Origin: an uncultured Deinococcaceae bacterium
GTDB lineage: Bacteria; Deinococcota; Deinococci; Deinococcales; Deinococcaceae
Assembly: GCA_964252075.1 (NCBI GenBank)
Contig: CAXULY010000003.1
Location: 145,469-209,468 of the forward strand
Reading direction: 5' to 3'
DNA length: 64,000 nt
Shown: piece by piece, positions 38,242 through 49,113 of the stretch
Position numbering within the stretch: position 1 is the first letter of the stretch
Layout of the letters: every line of letters starts with the position of its first letter
Position numbers and translations under genes: made by a program
The notes under the pieces: generated by a model
What the model saw: the letters and a program-made list of their open reading frames with translations, nothing else
Database searches by the model: none
Told to the model about the DNA's origin: nothing

Positions 38242-39165
38242 TCACACCGCACCCTCTTCTTCTCCCTCGGGGTGCGGGGTGACGGGCTGAGGGTGGCGGG
38301 CGGGCAGCTGGCTGAGCACCGTGGCGCCCACCACCAGCGCGCCGCCCACGAGACCGCGCCACCCCACCTGCTCGCGCAGCAGCACGTAACTGAAGACCGC
38401 CGCGAACACCGGCTCCAGCGCGTAAATCACGGCGGCCTCCGCGGCGGGCACGCGGCGCTGCCCGACCGTCTGGAGCAGCGTGGTGACGGACGTGGCGGCC
38501 ACCCCCAGGTACAGCAGGGGGCCCCACACGACGCGCGGCGGTGCGAGATGCGCGCCCGCCACGAGCGCCCACGCCCACGCGAGGAGCGCCACCACGGCGG
38601 TCTGCGCGATGGTGTAGGGCAGCGCCGCGTGCGCGCGCGCGGTGCGCTCGAGGGTGAGCACGAAGCCCGCGTAACTCACGGCGCAGGCGAGCGCCCATAA
38701 GTCCCCGGCGTTCAGCGCGCCGCCCTCCCACGAGAACAGCGCGAGGCCCGCGACGGCCAGCACCACCGCCACCCACAGGACCGCGCCCAGGCGCTTGCGG
38801 GCCGCGACGGCCTGCCACAGCGGCACCAGCACCACGCTGAGCGCCGTGAAGAACGCCGCGCGGTTCGCGGTGGTCTGCGCAAGCGCCAGCGTCTGCGTGC
38901 CGTACCCCAGGATCAGCCACACGCCGAGCGTGAGGCCGTCCACGGCGAGGGAGCGCCGGGGAACACCCGCGTCCGGCGCCTCGCGGCGGGGCAGGGCGAG
39001 CAGCGGCAGCAGCGCCAGCGTGCCGAGCGTGAAGCGCCAGCCGATCAGCACGGCGGGGTGAAGTGCGTCCGTGGCGCCCTTCACGACCGCGAAGGTGGAG
39101 CCCCAGATGACGGTCACGAGGAGCAGCAGCAGCGAACCGAACAGCGTGCGGGACACGGCGGGCAT
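38242..39165 (-). CDS. DMT/EamA family transporter (start may be GTG 39156)
   Basis: [10 protein letters not shown], 10 TM helices, LEPVFAA. Confidence 0.92.
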   Translation of the reverse strand: MPAVSRTLFGSLLLLLVTVIWGSTFAVVKGATDALHPAVLIGWRFTLGTLALLPLLALPRREAPDAGVPRRSLAVDGLTLGVWLILGYGTQTLALAQTTANRAAFFTALSVVLVPLWQAVAARKRLGAVLWVAVVLAVAGLALFSWEGGALNAGDLWALACAVSYAGFVLTLERTARAHAALPYTIAQTAVVALLAWAWALVAGAHLAPPRVVWGPLLYLGVAATSVTTLLQTVGQRRVPAAEAAVIYALEPVFAAVFSYVLLREQVGWRGLVGGALVVGATVLSQLPARHPQPVTPHPEGEEEGAV

Positions 39166-39183
39166 TCTAGCCCGCGCGGGCGC

Positions 39184-40275
39184 TCAGCGGCGCTGCGACA
39201 GCGCGATCAGCACGCCGCCCGCCAGCAGGTACAGCGCGTCCGGCGCCCACGCCGCGAGCGCGGGCGGCAAGACGGCCTGCTCGCCCATCACACGAAAGAC
39301 ACTCCAGGTGGCGTAGTACGCGAAGGTCAGCAGCATCACGAACGGCAGACCCAGCCCGCCACCGCTGCGGAAGGAGAACAGCGCGAGCGCCACCCCGAAG
39401 AAGCCGAAGGCGAGCGCCGCGAGCGGCTCCGCGAACTTGCGGTTCAGGGCGGTGAGCTCCGCGGGCTGCGGCACGTGGTTCGCCTGCAGGGTGTGAATGC
39501 GCGCCAGCAGGTCCGGCAGCGGCAGGTTCACGGGGAGCGTGGGGTCCGTCTGCGCGTCCAGGCTGGCCTTCAGGTCCTGCACGCGCAGGCTGCCGCCCTG
39601 GAAGGTCGCGATGGTGCTGGGGCGCCCGCCCTGGTACGTGATGCGCTGCCCCGGCCCGAGTTCCAGGGTGGCGCTCTCGCTGTCGAGGTGCCCGCTCTGG
39701 GCGGTGAGTACCTCGCGCGGCGCCTGGCTCTGCGCCATCTGCACGATGTGAATGCCGCGGAACTCCCCGCCCGGGCGCACCTCCTGCACCTGAATGGCGC
39801 GCCCCAGCGCGTCCGTGAAGACCGTGCCGGCCTGCCCGAGGCCAAGCACGCGTGGGTTGTCCAGCACGATCTCGCGCTGCACGACCGCCGAGCGCGCCTG
39901 CGCGCTGGGCCGCAGGCCCTCCCCCACCGCGAAGCTCACGGCGCTCACCCCGGCGGCCAGCAGCAGCACCGGCGCGAACAGGCTGCGCCAGCTTAGGCCG
40001 CCCGCCAGCGCCGCCTTGATCTCCGCGTCCTGCGCGAGGCGCGAGAAGCCCAGCAGCACCCCGAACAGCAGCCCGATGGGGAGGCCGCGCGCGATGGCGT
40101 CCGGGATGTTCAGCGCCACGAGCTGCGCGACCAGCGCGGGCGACGCGCCCTTCGCGAGGAGCGGCGCGATCACCACCTGCACCGCCGCCAGCAGCAGCAG
40201 CAGGATCACCACCACCACGCCCGCCAGCGTGAAGGGCAGCACCTCCTCCATGATGTAGCGCCACAGGCGCGTCAC
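39184..40275 (-). CDS. LptF/LptG family permease
   Basis: LWRYIMEEVLP, RLAQDAEIKAALAGG, RKFAEPL, LAAWAPD. Confidence 0.88.
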   Translation of the reverse strand: MTRLWRYIMEEVLPFTLAGVVVVILLLLLAAVQVVIAPLLAKGASPALVAQLVALNIPDAIARGLPIGLLFGVLLGFSRLAQDAEIKAALAGGLSWRSLFAPVLLLAAGVSAVSFAVGEGLRPSAQARSAVVQREIVLDNPRVLGLGQAGTVFTDALGRAIQVQEVRPGGEFRGIHIVQMAQSQAPREVLTAQSGHLDSESATLELGPGQRITYQGGRPSTIATFQGGSLRVQDLKASLDAQTDPTLPVNLPLPDLLARIHTLQANHVPQPAELTALNRKFAEPLAALAFGFFGVALALFSFRSGGGLGLPFVMLLTFAYYATWSVFRVMGEQAVLPPALAAWAPDALYLLAGGVLIALSQRR

Positions 40276-41333
40276 GAGAGCCTCCGCACGAACACGAGGC
40301 CCGCGAGAACCAGCAGGATGTCCGGCAGCCACGCCGCCAGCGCGGACGGCAGCGCCGCCGCCTGCACGAGCTGCGGCATGCTGCTCCACACCACGTAGTA
40401 CGCGAAGATCAGGAGCACCACTCCGCCGAAGGACCACGCGCGGTCGCGCAGCACGAGACCCAGCGCGCCCGCCGTGAACGCGAAGCCCACCGCCGCCAGC
40501 GCGTCCGCGAAGCGGCGGTACCACTCGTACACGTCCTTGCGGTGCTGCGCGGCCTCCACGCCCGGGTCGTCGAGGCGCGCGCGCAGGGCCGCGAAGCTCA
40601 GCTGCTCGGCGGGCAGCTGCGGCACCGCGAAGCGGTCGCTCTGCGGGAAGCTGGTGGCGCCCCGCAGGAAGCGCGACTGGCCGTCCGGCGTGACGATCCA
40701 CGCGTCGTACACCGTCCACGTCTGCGCGCGGCCATCCCACACGCCGCTCTGCGCGGTGTACGTGCCGCCCGCGTCCTGCACCATGACGCCCAGCAGGTCC
40801 GCAACCTGCTCCTGGCCCGTGCGGGGGCGCACGCTGCCCGCGTAGAAGAGGCGCCCCCCGAGCGCCTTGGTGTACAGGTCCGTCTGCGGGGGGTTCGGTG
40901 GGGTGTTGTAGAAGATGCGCGTCAGGACCGCCTGAAACTGCGCGTTGCCCGCCGGGGTGAAGGCGCTGGTGTTCGCGAACAGCAGCGCGCCCACCAGCAC
41001 GGCGCTCGCGACGAGCGGCGTGATGAGCGCGAGGGGCCGCACGCCCGACGCGAGCGCGGCCTTCACCTCGCTGTCGCGGTTCAGGCGCCCGAAGGCCAGC
41101 AGCACCGCGAACGGCACCGCGAGCGCCAGCGCCCGGTCCGCGAAGCCCGGCAGGCGCGTGAGGTACAGCTGCACCGCGAGGTCCACGCTGGCGTGCGTGC
41201 GCACGAACACGCCCGCCACGGAGCTGATGAGGTCCGTGGTGAGCAGGGTCAGGAACAGCGCCAGGCCGCCCAGGTACAGGGGAAGCACTTCGCGGAGCAC
41301 ATACAGCCCGAGCCTGGAACGCACGAGGGGCAT
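40272..41333 (-). CDS. LptF/LptG family permease (start may be GTG 41324)
   Basis: YVLREVLP, GRLNRDSEVKAALASG, LAAWLPD. Confidence 0.88.
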   Translation of the reverse strand: MPLVRSRLGLYVLREVLPLYLGGLALFLTLLTTDLISSVAGVFVRTHASVDLAVQLYLTRLPGFADRALALAVPFAVLLAFGRLNRDSEVKAALASGVRPLALITPLVASAVLVGALLFANTSAFTPAGNAQFQAVLTRIFYNTPPNPPQTDLYTKALGGRLFYAGSVRPRTGQEQVADLLGVMVQDAGGTYTAQSGVWDGRAQTWTVYDAWIVTPDGQSRFLRGATSFPQSDRFAVPQLPAEQLSFAALRARLDDPGVEAAQHRKDVYEWYRRFADALAAVGFAFTAGALGLVLRDRAWSFGGVVLLIFAYYVVWSSMPQLVQAAALPSALAAWLPDILLVLAGLVFVRRLS

Positions 41334-41388
41334 TCTAGAGAATTTTGCGTGAGACGCCAGACCACCTGCGCGGGGCGTACGCTGGGGT

Positions 41389-41580
41389 GTGACGCCCACC
41401 GACCTGCGCGAACGCAACCGCCGCTGGGCGGACCTGCGCGCGCTCGTGGAGGCGGGAGTCGCGCCGGGCGACCCGGCCTTCGAGGCGGCGCTCACGGCGC
41501 TGCAGCGCCTCATTCACTGGCCGCGCGGGCGCATCCTGGCGGGCCTCGGCCTGCCCACCGGGCCTCCCGAAGGGCCATGA
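41389..41580 (+). CDS. Small hypothetical protein
   Basis: 63 aa; TACGCT 5 nt before GTG. Confidence 0.55.
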   Translation: MTPTDLRERNRRWADLRALVEAGVAPGDPAFEAALTALQRLIHWPRGRILAGLGLPTGPPEGP

Positions 41581-41606
41581 AGGCCGGGCGAACCCGGGGC
41601 GCCTCC

Positions 41607-42623
41607 TCAACCTTCCTGCGGTTCAGCGCCGAGCGCGGCGTGCCCCAGCGCCCACCCGCTGAGGAGCGCCGCCTCCGTGCGCGGGCCGTGCGCGTCCGCC
41701 CGGCACCAGTCGCCGCACCACCCGAGGCGCAGGGCGGCGTCCCAGTGACAGGCCTGCGGGTACAGCACGGTGGGCGTGCTGTACAGCCAGCGGTGCCCCA
41801 CCACCCAGCGGGCCTCCAGCGGGCCCGTCAGGTCGCGCGCGTCCTCCATGAGGGCGCGCGCGGCGGCCTCGCGGTCCAGGTCAAGGTGCGCGCGCGTCCA
41901 GTCGGTCGTGGCGTGCGCCACCAGCACGGGCGGCGCGCCAGGTGGGCGGCGCGTGTGGTCGCGCGCCAGCCAGCTCACGGCGGGGTGCCCCTCCACCTTC
42001 AGGCCCGCCCACGGCACGTCCAGGTCGCGCGCGAGGCCCACCATGAGGGTCCAGCAGGGGTCGAAGCGCACGCGCGCCGCGTGCTCGGCGGCCTCCCCGA
42101 CGTTCAGGCCGTCCAGCAGCGGCATCATCTGCGGCGCGGGCAGGTTCAGGAGGAGCGTCTGCGCCTCGAAGGTCTCACCGGCACCGGTATGCGCGCGCCA
42201 GCCGCCCGGCGTGCGGTCCAGGCTCGTGACGAGCGCCTCCGTCACGACCGTGAGGTCCCGCGCAAGGTGCCGCCCCAGGGCACTCATCCCGGCGGGCGGC
42301 ACGTAGCGCGGGTGGCCGTCACTGCCGCCCGAGACCTCGCCCGCCGCCCAGGTGGGGAAGCCCCGCGTCCACTCGCTCAGCCAGCCCTCGCGCTGCCAGC
42401 CGTCCACGAGGCCCCGCAGGCGCTCCGTGCGGGCGGTGAGGTACTGCGCGCCGTGATCCACGCGCTCCTGCTCGGGCGCGCGGCGCGTGGCGGCCCGCCC
42501 GGACACCCCGCGCGACTTGTCCAGCACCGTCACGGTGTGCCCCGCGCGCGCGAGATCACGCGCGGCGGCCAGCCCACCCAGGCCCGCCCCGACCACCAGC
42601 ACGCTGTTCGTCTCTGCCGTCAT
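41607..42623 (-). CDS. Renalase-like FAD-dependent oxidoreductase
   Basis: GAGLGG, DKSRGVSGRAATRR, DHGAQYLT, HRWLY, CGDW. Confidence 0.92.
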   Translation of the reverse strand: MTAETNSVLVVGAGLGGLAAARDLARAGHTVTVLDKSRGVSGRAATRRAPEQERVDHGAQYLTARTERLRGLVDGWQREGWLSEWTRGFPTWAAGEVSGGSDGHPRYVPPAGMSALGRHLARDLTVVTEALVTSLDRTPGGWRAHTGAGETFEAQTLLLNLPAPQMMPLLDGLNVGEAAEHAARVRFDPCWTLMVGLARDLDVPWAGLKVEGHPAVSWLARDHTRRPPGAPPVLVAHATTDWTRAHLDLDREAAARALMEDARDLTGPLEARWVVGHRWLYSTPTVLYPQACHWDAALRLGWCGDWCRADAHGPRTEAALLSGWALGHAALGAEPQEG

Positions 42624-42982
42624 GGCCGCAAGTGTAGTGGGGAGGGCGCGCGTGGGAAAGTCAGGAAACGTACGCCCGGCGAAGCGCGGTCAGGCGGTCC
42701 CTTCTGGTCGGGGCGTGAACCTGCGGTGATTCGCCTGGTTGCGTTCGCTCAGGGGGCGTTTCAGTGTCACCTCGTGCGGAGGGTGCGACCCGCGCGCATC
42801 ACATGGACGCTGAAGGCCGACGCCCCAGCGCGGTGAGCGCATGGCCTCGCCCTCGGTCCAGATGGGCGGGATCACGCACCTCCCGTTCTGGATGAGGGCC
42901 AGGGGCGCCCTTGTCGGCCGGGACGCCCACCCGAACGTCATCCGGGTGGGCGCCGAGGGCCGCGTCGTCCTTGAGCACCCCT

Positions 42983-45052
42983 TTACGCCTCGCTGACGTG
43001 GGAAGGTTCGCGCGCGATCAGCACGCCGCGCGGCGGGAGGGTGGTGGGGCCGGTCACCTCGCGGTGCGTGAGGAGATCCTCGCGGACCGCGTCCCCGAGG
43101 TGCACCTGCACCTCGTGCGGGTTGTGGTTCAGCACGAACAGCAGGGCGCCCGCCGCGTTCTCTCGGCGCGTGACCTCCACGCCCTCCGGCACGGCGGGCA
43201 GCAGGGGCTCCACGCCCGCCTCGCGGCACAACCAGGGCAGCAGGTCGTTCAGGAGCGCCTGCCCGGGCAGCGCCGCGAGGTGCAGGGCGCTGCCCGCGCC
43301 CGTGCGTTTGCGGGTGAGGGCGGGGCGGCCCGCGTAGAAGTCCTGCCCGAAGGTGGCGAGCACCTCGGCGCCCGCCGCGCCGCCCGGCAGGGCGTCCGTG
43401 CGCACCAGGTCGAACAGCTGGTGCGCGTCGTAGCGCGCCTGCAGGCCGTCCGGGGCGTGCAGGAACACCACGTCGTTGCTCGCGTCGGGCGCGAGGCTGT
43501 CGAGTTCCTCCACCCACAGGCCCAGCAGGTCGCGCAGGGGACCGGGGGGGCCGCCGGGGAACACCCGGTCGCTGGGGTCCGCGACGCCGCTGAATGCACC
43601 CGTGAGGAGCGTCCCGCCGCCCTCCACGAAGGCCTGGAGGCGCGCGGGGTCCTCGGGGTGCAGCAGGTACAGCAGCGGCGCGAGCAGCAGCCGGTAGGGG
43701 CTCAGGTCGGTGCCTGGGCCCACCACGTCCACCGGGATGCCGGCGCGGTGCAGCGCCGCGTAATGCTTGCCGAGCTCCGCGATGTAATTCAGGTGGCGGC
43801 CCGGCCCCATGCTGTTCTCCGCCGCCCACCAGCACGGCCAGTCCAGGCGCAGCGCGACGCGCGCGGGGCTGAGCGCGCCCAGGGTGGTGCTCCCCAGCGC
43901 GCGCAGTTCCTGCCCGAGCGCCGCGACCTCCTGGAACACCCGCGTGTCGCTGCGGCCCGAGTGCTCGATGACCGCGCCGTGGAACTTCTCGGACGCGCCC
44001 GCCGAGCGGCGCATCTGGAAGAACATCACGGCGTCCGCGCCGTGCGCGACCGCCTGGTAACTCTGCAGGCGCATCACGCCGGGGCGCTTGAGGGGGTTCA
44101 CGGGCTGCCAGTTCGTCTGGCTGGGCGTCTGCTCCATCAGCATGAAGGGCGCCCCGTCCTTGAGGCCCCGCATGATGTCGTGCATGAAGGCCGTGTGGGC
44201 GGGCGGGTGCTCCGGGCGCGGGTAGCTGTCCCAGGCGATCACGTCCATGTGCGGCGTCCACGTGCGGTAATCGAGGGGGCGGTAGGCCTCCATGAAGTTC
44301 GTGGTGATGATCGCGTCCGGCTGCGCGGCGCGGATGGCGTCTTCCTCGATGCGGTACATGCCGAGGATGTTGTCGGAGTTGAAGCGCATGAAGTCCAGCG
44401 TCAGGCCCTGCACGGCGGTGTCGCGCTCGCCCCACTGCACGCTCAGCACGTTCGGCACCACGATCTGCTCCCAGTCCGTGATGGTCTGACTCCAGAAGTG
44501 CGCGTTCCACGCGTGGTTCAGGGCGTCCAGCGTGCCGTAGCGGGCGCGCAGCCACTCCCGGAAGCGCGCCTCGCAGCGCGGGCAGTAGCACGCGCCGCCG
44601 AACTCGTTCGAGATGTGCCACAGCGCGAGCGCCGGGTGCCGCCCGAAGCGCTCGGCGAGCGCGCCCGCGAGTTTCGGCGCGAAGCGCGCGTAGGTGGGGC
44701 TGCTCGGGCAGGAGTTGTGCCGGTCCCCGAACTTGTGCGCGCGGCCCTGGAAGTCCACGCGCAGCAGGTCCGGGTACTTCGTGGCCATCCACGCGGGGTG
44801 CGCGGCGGTGCCCGTGCCGAGGCACACCCGCATGCCGCGCGCGTGCAGCAGCCCGAACAGTTCGTCCAGCCACCCGAAGTGGTAGGTGTCCTCGTCCGGC
44901 TGGTCGAGCGTCCACGCGAAGATGTTGATGCTCAGCAAATCGATGCCCGCCTCCTGGAAGTTGCGCAGGTCTTCGAGCAGGGTGTCGTGGTCCCACTGTT
45001 CGGGGTTCCAGTCGCCGCCGTAGGCGATCTTGCCGAGGCCGAGGTCGGTCAT
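42983..45052 (-). CDS. GH42 beta-galactosidase
   Basis: YGGDWNPEQW, WHISNEF, CYCPRC, LMEQTPS, EKFHG; SD AAGGAG. Confidence 0.95.
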   Translation of the reverse strand: MTDLGLGKIAYGGDWNPEQWDHDTLLEDLRNFQEAGIDLLSINIFAWTLDQPDEDTYHFGWLDELFGLLHARGMRVCLGTGTAAHPAWMATKYPDLLRVDFQGRAHKFGDRHNSCPSSPTYARFAPKLAGALAERFGRHPALALWHISNEFGGACYCPRCEARFREWLRARYGTLDALNHAWNAHFWSQTITDWEQIVVPNVLSVQWGERDTAVQGLTLDFMRFNSDNILGMYRIEEDAIRAAQPDAIITTNFMEAYRPLDYRTWTPHMDVIAWDSYPRPEHPPAHTAFMHDIMRGLKDGAPFMLMEQTPSQTNWQPVNPLKRPGVMRLQSYQAVAHGADAVMFFQMRRSAGASEKFHGAVIEHSGRSDTRVFQEVAALGQELRALGSTTLGALSPARVALRLDWPCWWAAENSMGPGRHLNYIAELGKHYAALHRAGIPVDVVGPGTDLSPYRLLLAPLLYLLHPEDPARLQAFVEGGGTLLTGAFSGVADPSDRVFPGGPPGPLRDLLGLWVEELDSLAPDASNDVVFLHAPDGLQARYDAHQLFDLVRTDALPGGAAGAEVLATFGQDFYAGRPALTRKRTGAGSALHLAALPGQALLNDLLPWLCREAGVEPLLPAVPEGVEVTRRENAAGALLFVLNHNPHEVQVHLGDAVREDLLTHREVTGPTTLPPRGVLIAREPSHVSEA

Positions 45053-45258
45053 TGGGGCTCCTTGGGGAGGGGAATCAGGTGTGGTGCCGGTGGTGCGCGG
45101 TGAGACCGCAGCATACGTGCTGGGCGGGCCGCCCGCACCAGGGCGCCCGCGTTCCGCGGTGGGGGCGCCCATTCATCCAGGCCGCCGCACGCGCTCGGGT
45201 GGTGTTTGAGCGCAGGAACCGGATGGCGCCGTGCGCCACGCGCGCCTAGCCTGGACGC

Positions 45259-46308
<1,050 letters not shown>

Positions 46309-46339
46309 GCGGGCGCAGCGCCCGCCCGGCCCCGCGCGT

Positions 46340-47884
46340 TCACTGCGGCTGACCGAGCGCCTCCGCGAGTTTCGGCCCGTCGGGGCTGCCGAGGCCCGTG
46401 CAGGCGTCCCAGCCGGGCCCCGCGCGGTAGTCGCCGTTGTCGCCCTCGGTGATGTCGCGCAGCGTGCCGAGCGGGTACAGCAGGGGGTTCAGGAAGCCCA
46501 CAGGCTGCCCGCGCGTGGCGTTCAGGCGCGCGACGAGGCCCGCCCACAGGGGCGATACCGCGCTCGTGCCGCCAATCACGGTGTCCTGCCCGTCCACACG
46601 CACCTTGTAGCCGGTGGCGGGGTCCGCGACGCCCGCGACGTCCGGCACGCCGCGCCCCACGCGCCCGCCGGGGTTCGCGGACGGCGGCACGTTCGCGTCC
46701 CGCTGGTAGTCGGGGAGGTCGAAGACGTCGCTCACGCCGCCGCCCGTCGCGCCGCCGCGCGGGTCGTTCCAGACGGTCTCCTCGGTGATGCGCCCGTCCC
46801 GCACGGTGAGGCGCGTGCCGCCGCAGCCGGTCGCGTAGGGGCTGGAGGCGGGGAAGTCCGCGTGCGCGCCACCGCCCGCGCCGTCCGCGCTGCCGCCGTC
46901 GCCCGCTGCGCACAGCACCGTGACGCCCAGCAGGGCGGCCTCCTGGAAGGCCTGCGTCATGTTCTGCATGGCCTGTGTGGTCCAGGCGCTCTCGGGCGCG
47001 CCCCAGCTGATACTGATCACGCTGGGTTTGCGCCGGGTGTCGTGCGTGGCCTGCGTGACGGCGTTCAGGAAGCCCGCGTCGGTGTTCGGCGCGAAGTACA
47101 CCGCGATGTGCGCGCCGGGCGCGACGGCGCCCGCCACCTCGATGTCCAGCATGACCTCGCCGTCGGCGCTGTTCGGGTCGCCGCTGGGGGCGTTGCGCCC
47201 GCCGTCCACGCTGACCGCCGTGACGCTCGGGGTCTTAAGGCCCAGGCCCTCGAAGTACGTCTTGAGGTCCGCCGCGCGGTACCCACCGCCGAGTTCGATG
47301 ATGGCGATGGTCTGCCCGGCACCGTCCCCCTCAGGGAAGCCGTAGGCGGCGGCGAGGTCCAGCGGCGTGAAGGCCTGCGTGGCGGCGTGTGGGTGCGCGA
47401 TGCCGGGGCGGTTGAGGTAACGGAAGTGCGTGCGGGCCTGCGGGCGGTCGTCCAGCCCGAACACACCCTCGATCACGTCCGCGAGGTGAGCGGGGACGCT
47501 CACGGTGCCGCTGCGGCCGCGGAAGGACGCGTCGTGCCAGGTGTACAGCTCCAGCTGCACCCCGAAGGCCGCCTCGATGTCCGCGAGGCGGCCCTGCACG
47601 ATCACGGTCCGGCGCTCGGCGCTGGCTTCCAGCACGGTGAGGTGGTGGTCGTGCGCGAAGGCCTCGACCTGCGCGAGGTCGGTGTCGCGCGCGCCGTAGC
47701 TCTCTGCGAACTGCGCGCGCGTCATGGCGGTGCCGGTCGCGCGCGGCTGGATGCTGCTGCGCGGGCGCAGGCGCAGGGTCACGTCGAGGCGCGCGTCCGG
47801 GTCGGGGGTCCCGGCGGGCTGGGCGCCGCTGGGGAGGGTCTTCTCGCTTCCGGGGATGGTGGCGCGGGGGTCACTGGACGTCAT
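46340..47884 (-). CDS. S53 family peptidase (kumamolisin-like) with prodomain
   Basis: GEVMLDIEV, SISWG, AAGDGG, GGTSAVSPLW, WDACTGLGSP; SD AGGAGG. Confidence 0.95.
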   Translation of the reverse strand: MTSSDPRATIPGSEKTLPSGAQPAGTPDPDARLDVTLRLRPRSSIQPRATGTAMTRAQFAESYGARDTDLAQVEAFAHDHHLTVLEASAERRTVIVQGRLADIEAAFGVQLELYTWHDASFRGRSGTVSVPAHLADVIEGVFGLDDRPQARTHFRYLNRPGIAHPHAATQAFTPLDLAAAYGFPEGDGAGQTIAIIELGGGYRAADLKTYFEGLGLKTPSVTAVSVDGGRNAPSGDPNSADGEVMLDIEVAGAVAPGAHIAVYFAPNTDAGFLNAVTQATHDTRRKPSVISISWGAPESAWTTQAMQNMTQAFQEAALLGVTVLCAAGDGGSADGAGGGAHADFPASSPYATGCGGTRLTVRDGRITEETVWNDPRGGATGGGVSDVFDLPDYQRDANVPPSANPGGRVGRGVPDVAGVADPATGYKVRVDGQDTVIGGTSAVSPLWAGLVARLNATRGQPVGFLNPLLYPLGTLRDITEGDNGDYRAGPGWDACTGLGSPDGPKLAEALGQPQ

Positions 47885-47930
47885 GCACGAACCTCCTGGA
47901 GTGGACGGGGCAGCTCAGGACACAGCGAGA

Positions 47931-47947
47931 TTACGTCAGCAGCGTAA
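47931..47947. promoter_or_regulatory. RDRM-like 17-bp palindrome TTACGTCAGCAGCGTAA overlapping the -10 (TAATCT) of the S53 gene
   Basis: TTACG-N7-CGTAA matches the core of the Deinococcus DdrO-binding motif. Confidence 0.6.
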
Positions 47948-47961
47948 CACATGCGGTCGGC

Positions 47962-49113
47962 TCATGCGCGCCGCACCCACAGCGGCCCCACCGGACCCAG
48001 GGTCACGCCCGGGCGCGGGCTGGGATCACCGCGCAGGGCCGTCAGGTCGCCGCCCAGGAACAGCGCGAGGGCCTCCTCGATCATGCTGTTCGCGAGGTGC
48101 ATGCCCAGGCAGATGCGCGCCCCACCGCCGAACGGCAGGTACGCCCAGGCGGGCGGCGCGGCCTCCCAGCGCTCCGGGCGGAACACCTCCGGCGCGTCCC
48201 ACAGCAGGGGGTCGCGCGCCGACAGGTACGAGCTGTACAGCACCATCGCGCCGCGCGGGAGCACCACGCCCTCGAAGTCCAGCTCGCGCGTGAGGCGGCG
48301 GCTGCCCATCCATCCGGGCGGGTACAGCCGCAGGGTTTCCTTCACGACGGTCCGCAGGCCGTCCGCACGCCGCCAGTCGGGCCGCTGCGCGAGGTGCCAC
48401 ACGCCCCACGCGAGGGCGTGCGTGGTGGTGTCGTGGCCCGCCGCGAGGCTCACGCGCGCCTCCTCCACGCCGCCCGGCAGGCGCGCGAGGTGCGCGAGCA
48501 GGTCGTCGCCGCCCTCCTCCAGGCGGCGGCGCGCGAGGCGGCGCAACTCCGCGTTCACCCGCACGAACAGCAGCGGGCGCGGCAGCATGGGCGTCGGGAA
48601 GGGGTGGCGCAGGGGCGCCAGGAAGGCGTGCAGCAGCTCGGTGGGGAACTCCCCGCTGAAGTACGCGGCGTTCAGCATGGCGAGCGCCGCGCCGTCCGCC
48701 CACGCGAGCGCGTCGAAGTCACCGGTGGGCCGGAGGGGCTCCAGCGCCGCCCGGATGCGCGCGAGCATGCCCGCCACCGCGCCCCGCCCGAAGGGCACGT
48801 TCAGCTCCGCGCGGCGCGGGCGGTGCGCGGGCGCGTCCGTCAGGATGATGCCGCCCGCGAGGTACGGCACGGCCTTCGAGAAACTCCCGCGCCCCACGAA
48901 GGCCTCCGGGTCCGTGAGCACCGCTTTGTTCCAGCTGGGCGAGAAGCCCACCACGGTCGGCAGGCCCAGGTTCAGGCGGAAGAGCCGCTGCGGCCCCGCG
49001 AGCGCCGCGCCCTCCGACAGCAGCGCGAGCGGCTCGGCGCCCCAGCGCCCCAGGTGGCCGGGGCCGGGCGGGTGGGTGGGCGCGGGCAGGTCGCGCAGCG
49101 CGCGCGGCCTCAC
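47962..49113 (-). CDS. Cytochrome P450, probable carotenoid 2-hydroxylase (CYP287-like)
   Basis: AAGHDTT, KETLR, PFGGGARICLG heme motif; last gene of the carotenoid operon. Confidence 0.88.
   Translation of the reverse strand: MRPRALRDLPAPTHPPGPGHLGRWGAEPLALLSEGAALAGPQRLFRLNLGLPTVVGFSPSWNKAVLTDPEAFVGRGSFSKAVPYLAGGIILTDAPAHRPRRAELNVPFGRGAVAGMLARIRAALEPLRPTGDFDALAWADGAALAMLNAAYFSGEFPTELLHAFLAPLRHPFPTPMLPRPLLFVRVNAELRRLARRRLEEGGDDLLAHLARLPGGVEEARVSLAAGHDTTTHALAWGVWHLAQRPDWRRADGLRTVVKETLRLYPPGWMGSRRLTRELDFEGVVLPRGAMVLYSSYLSARDPLLWDAPEVFRPERWEAAPPAWAYLPFGGGARICLGMHLANSMIEEALALFLGGDLTALRGDPSPRPGVTLGPVGPLWVRRA

Noticed and set aside
42690..42982. Possible small ORF downstream of GH42
   Set aside because: No convincing start signal, codon bias or motif in any frame
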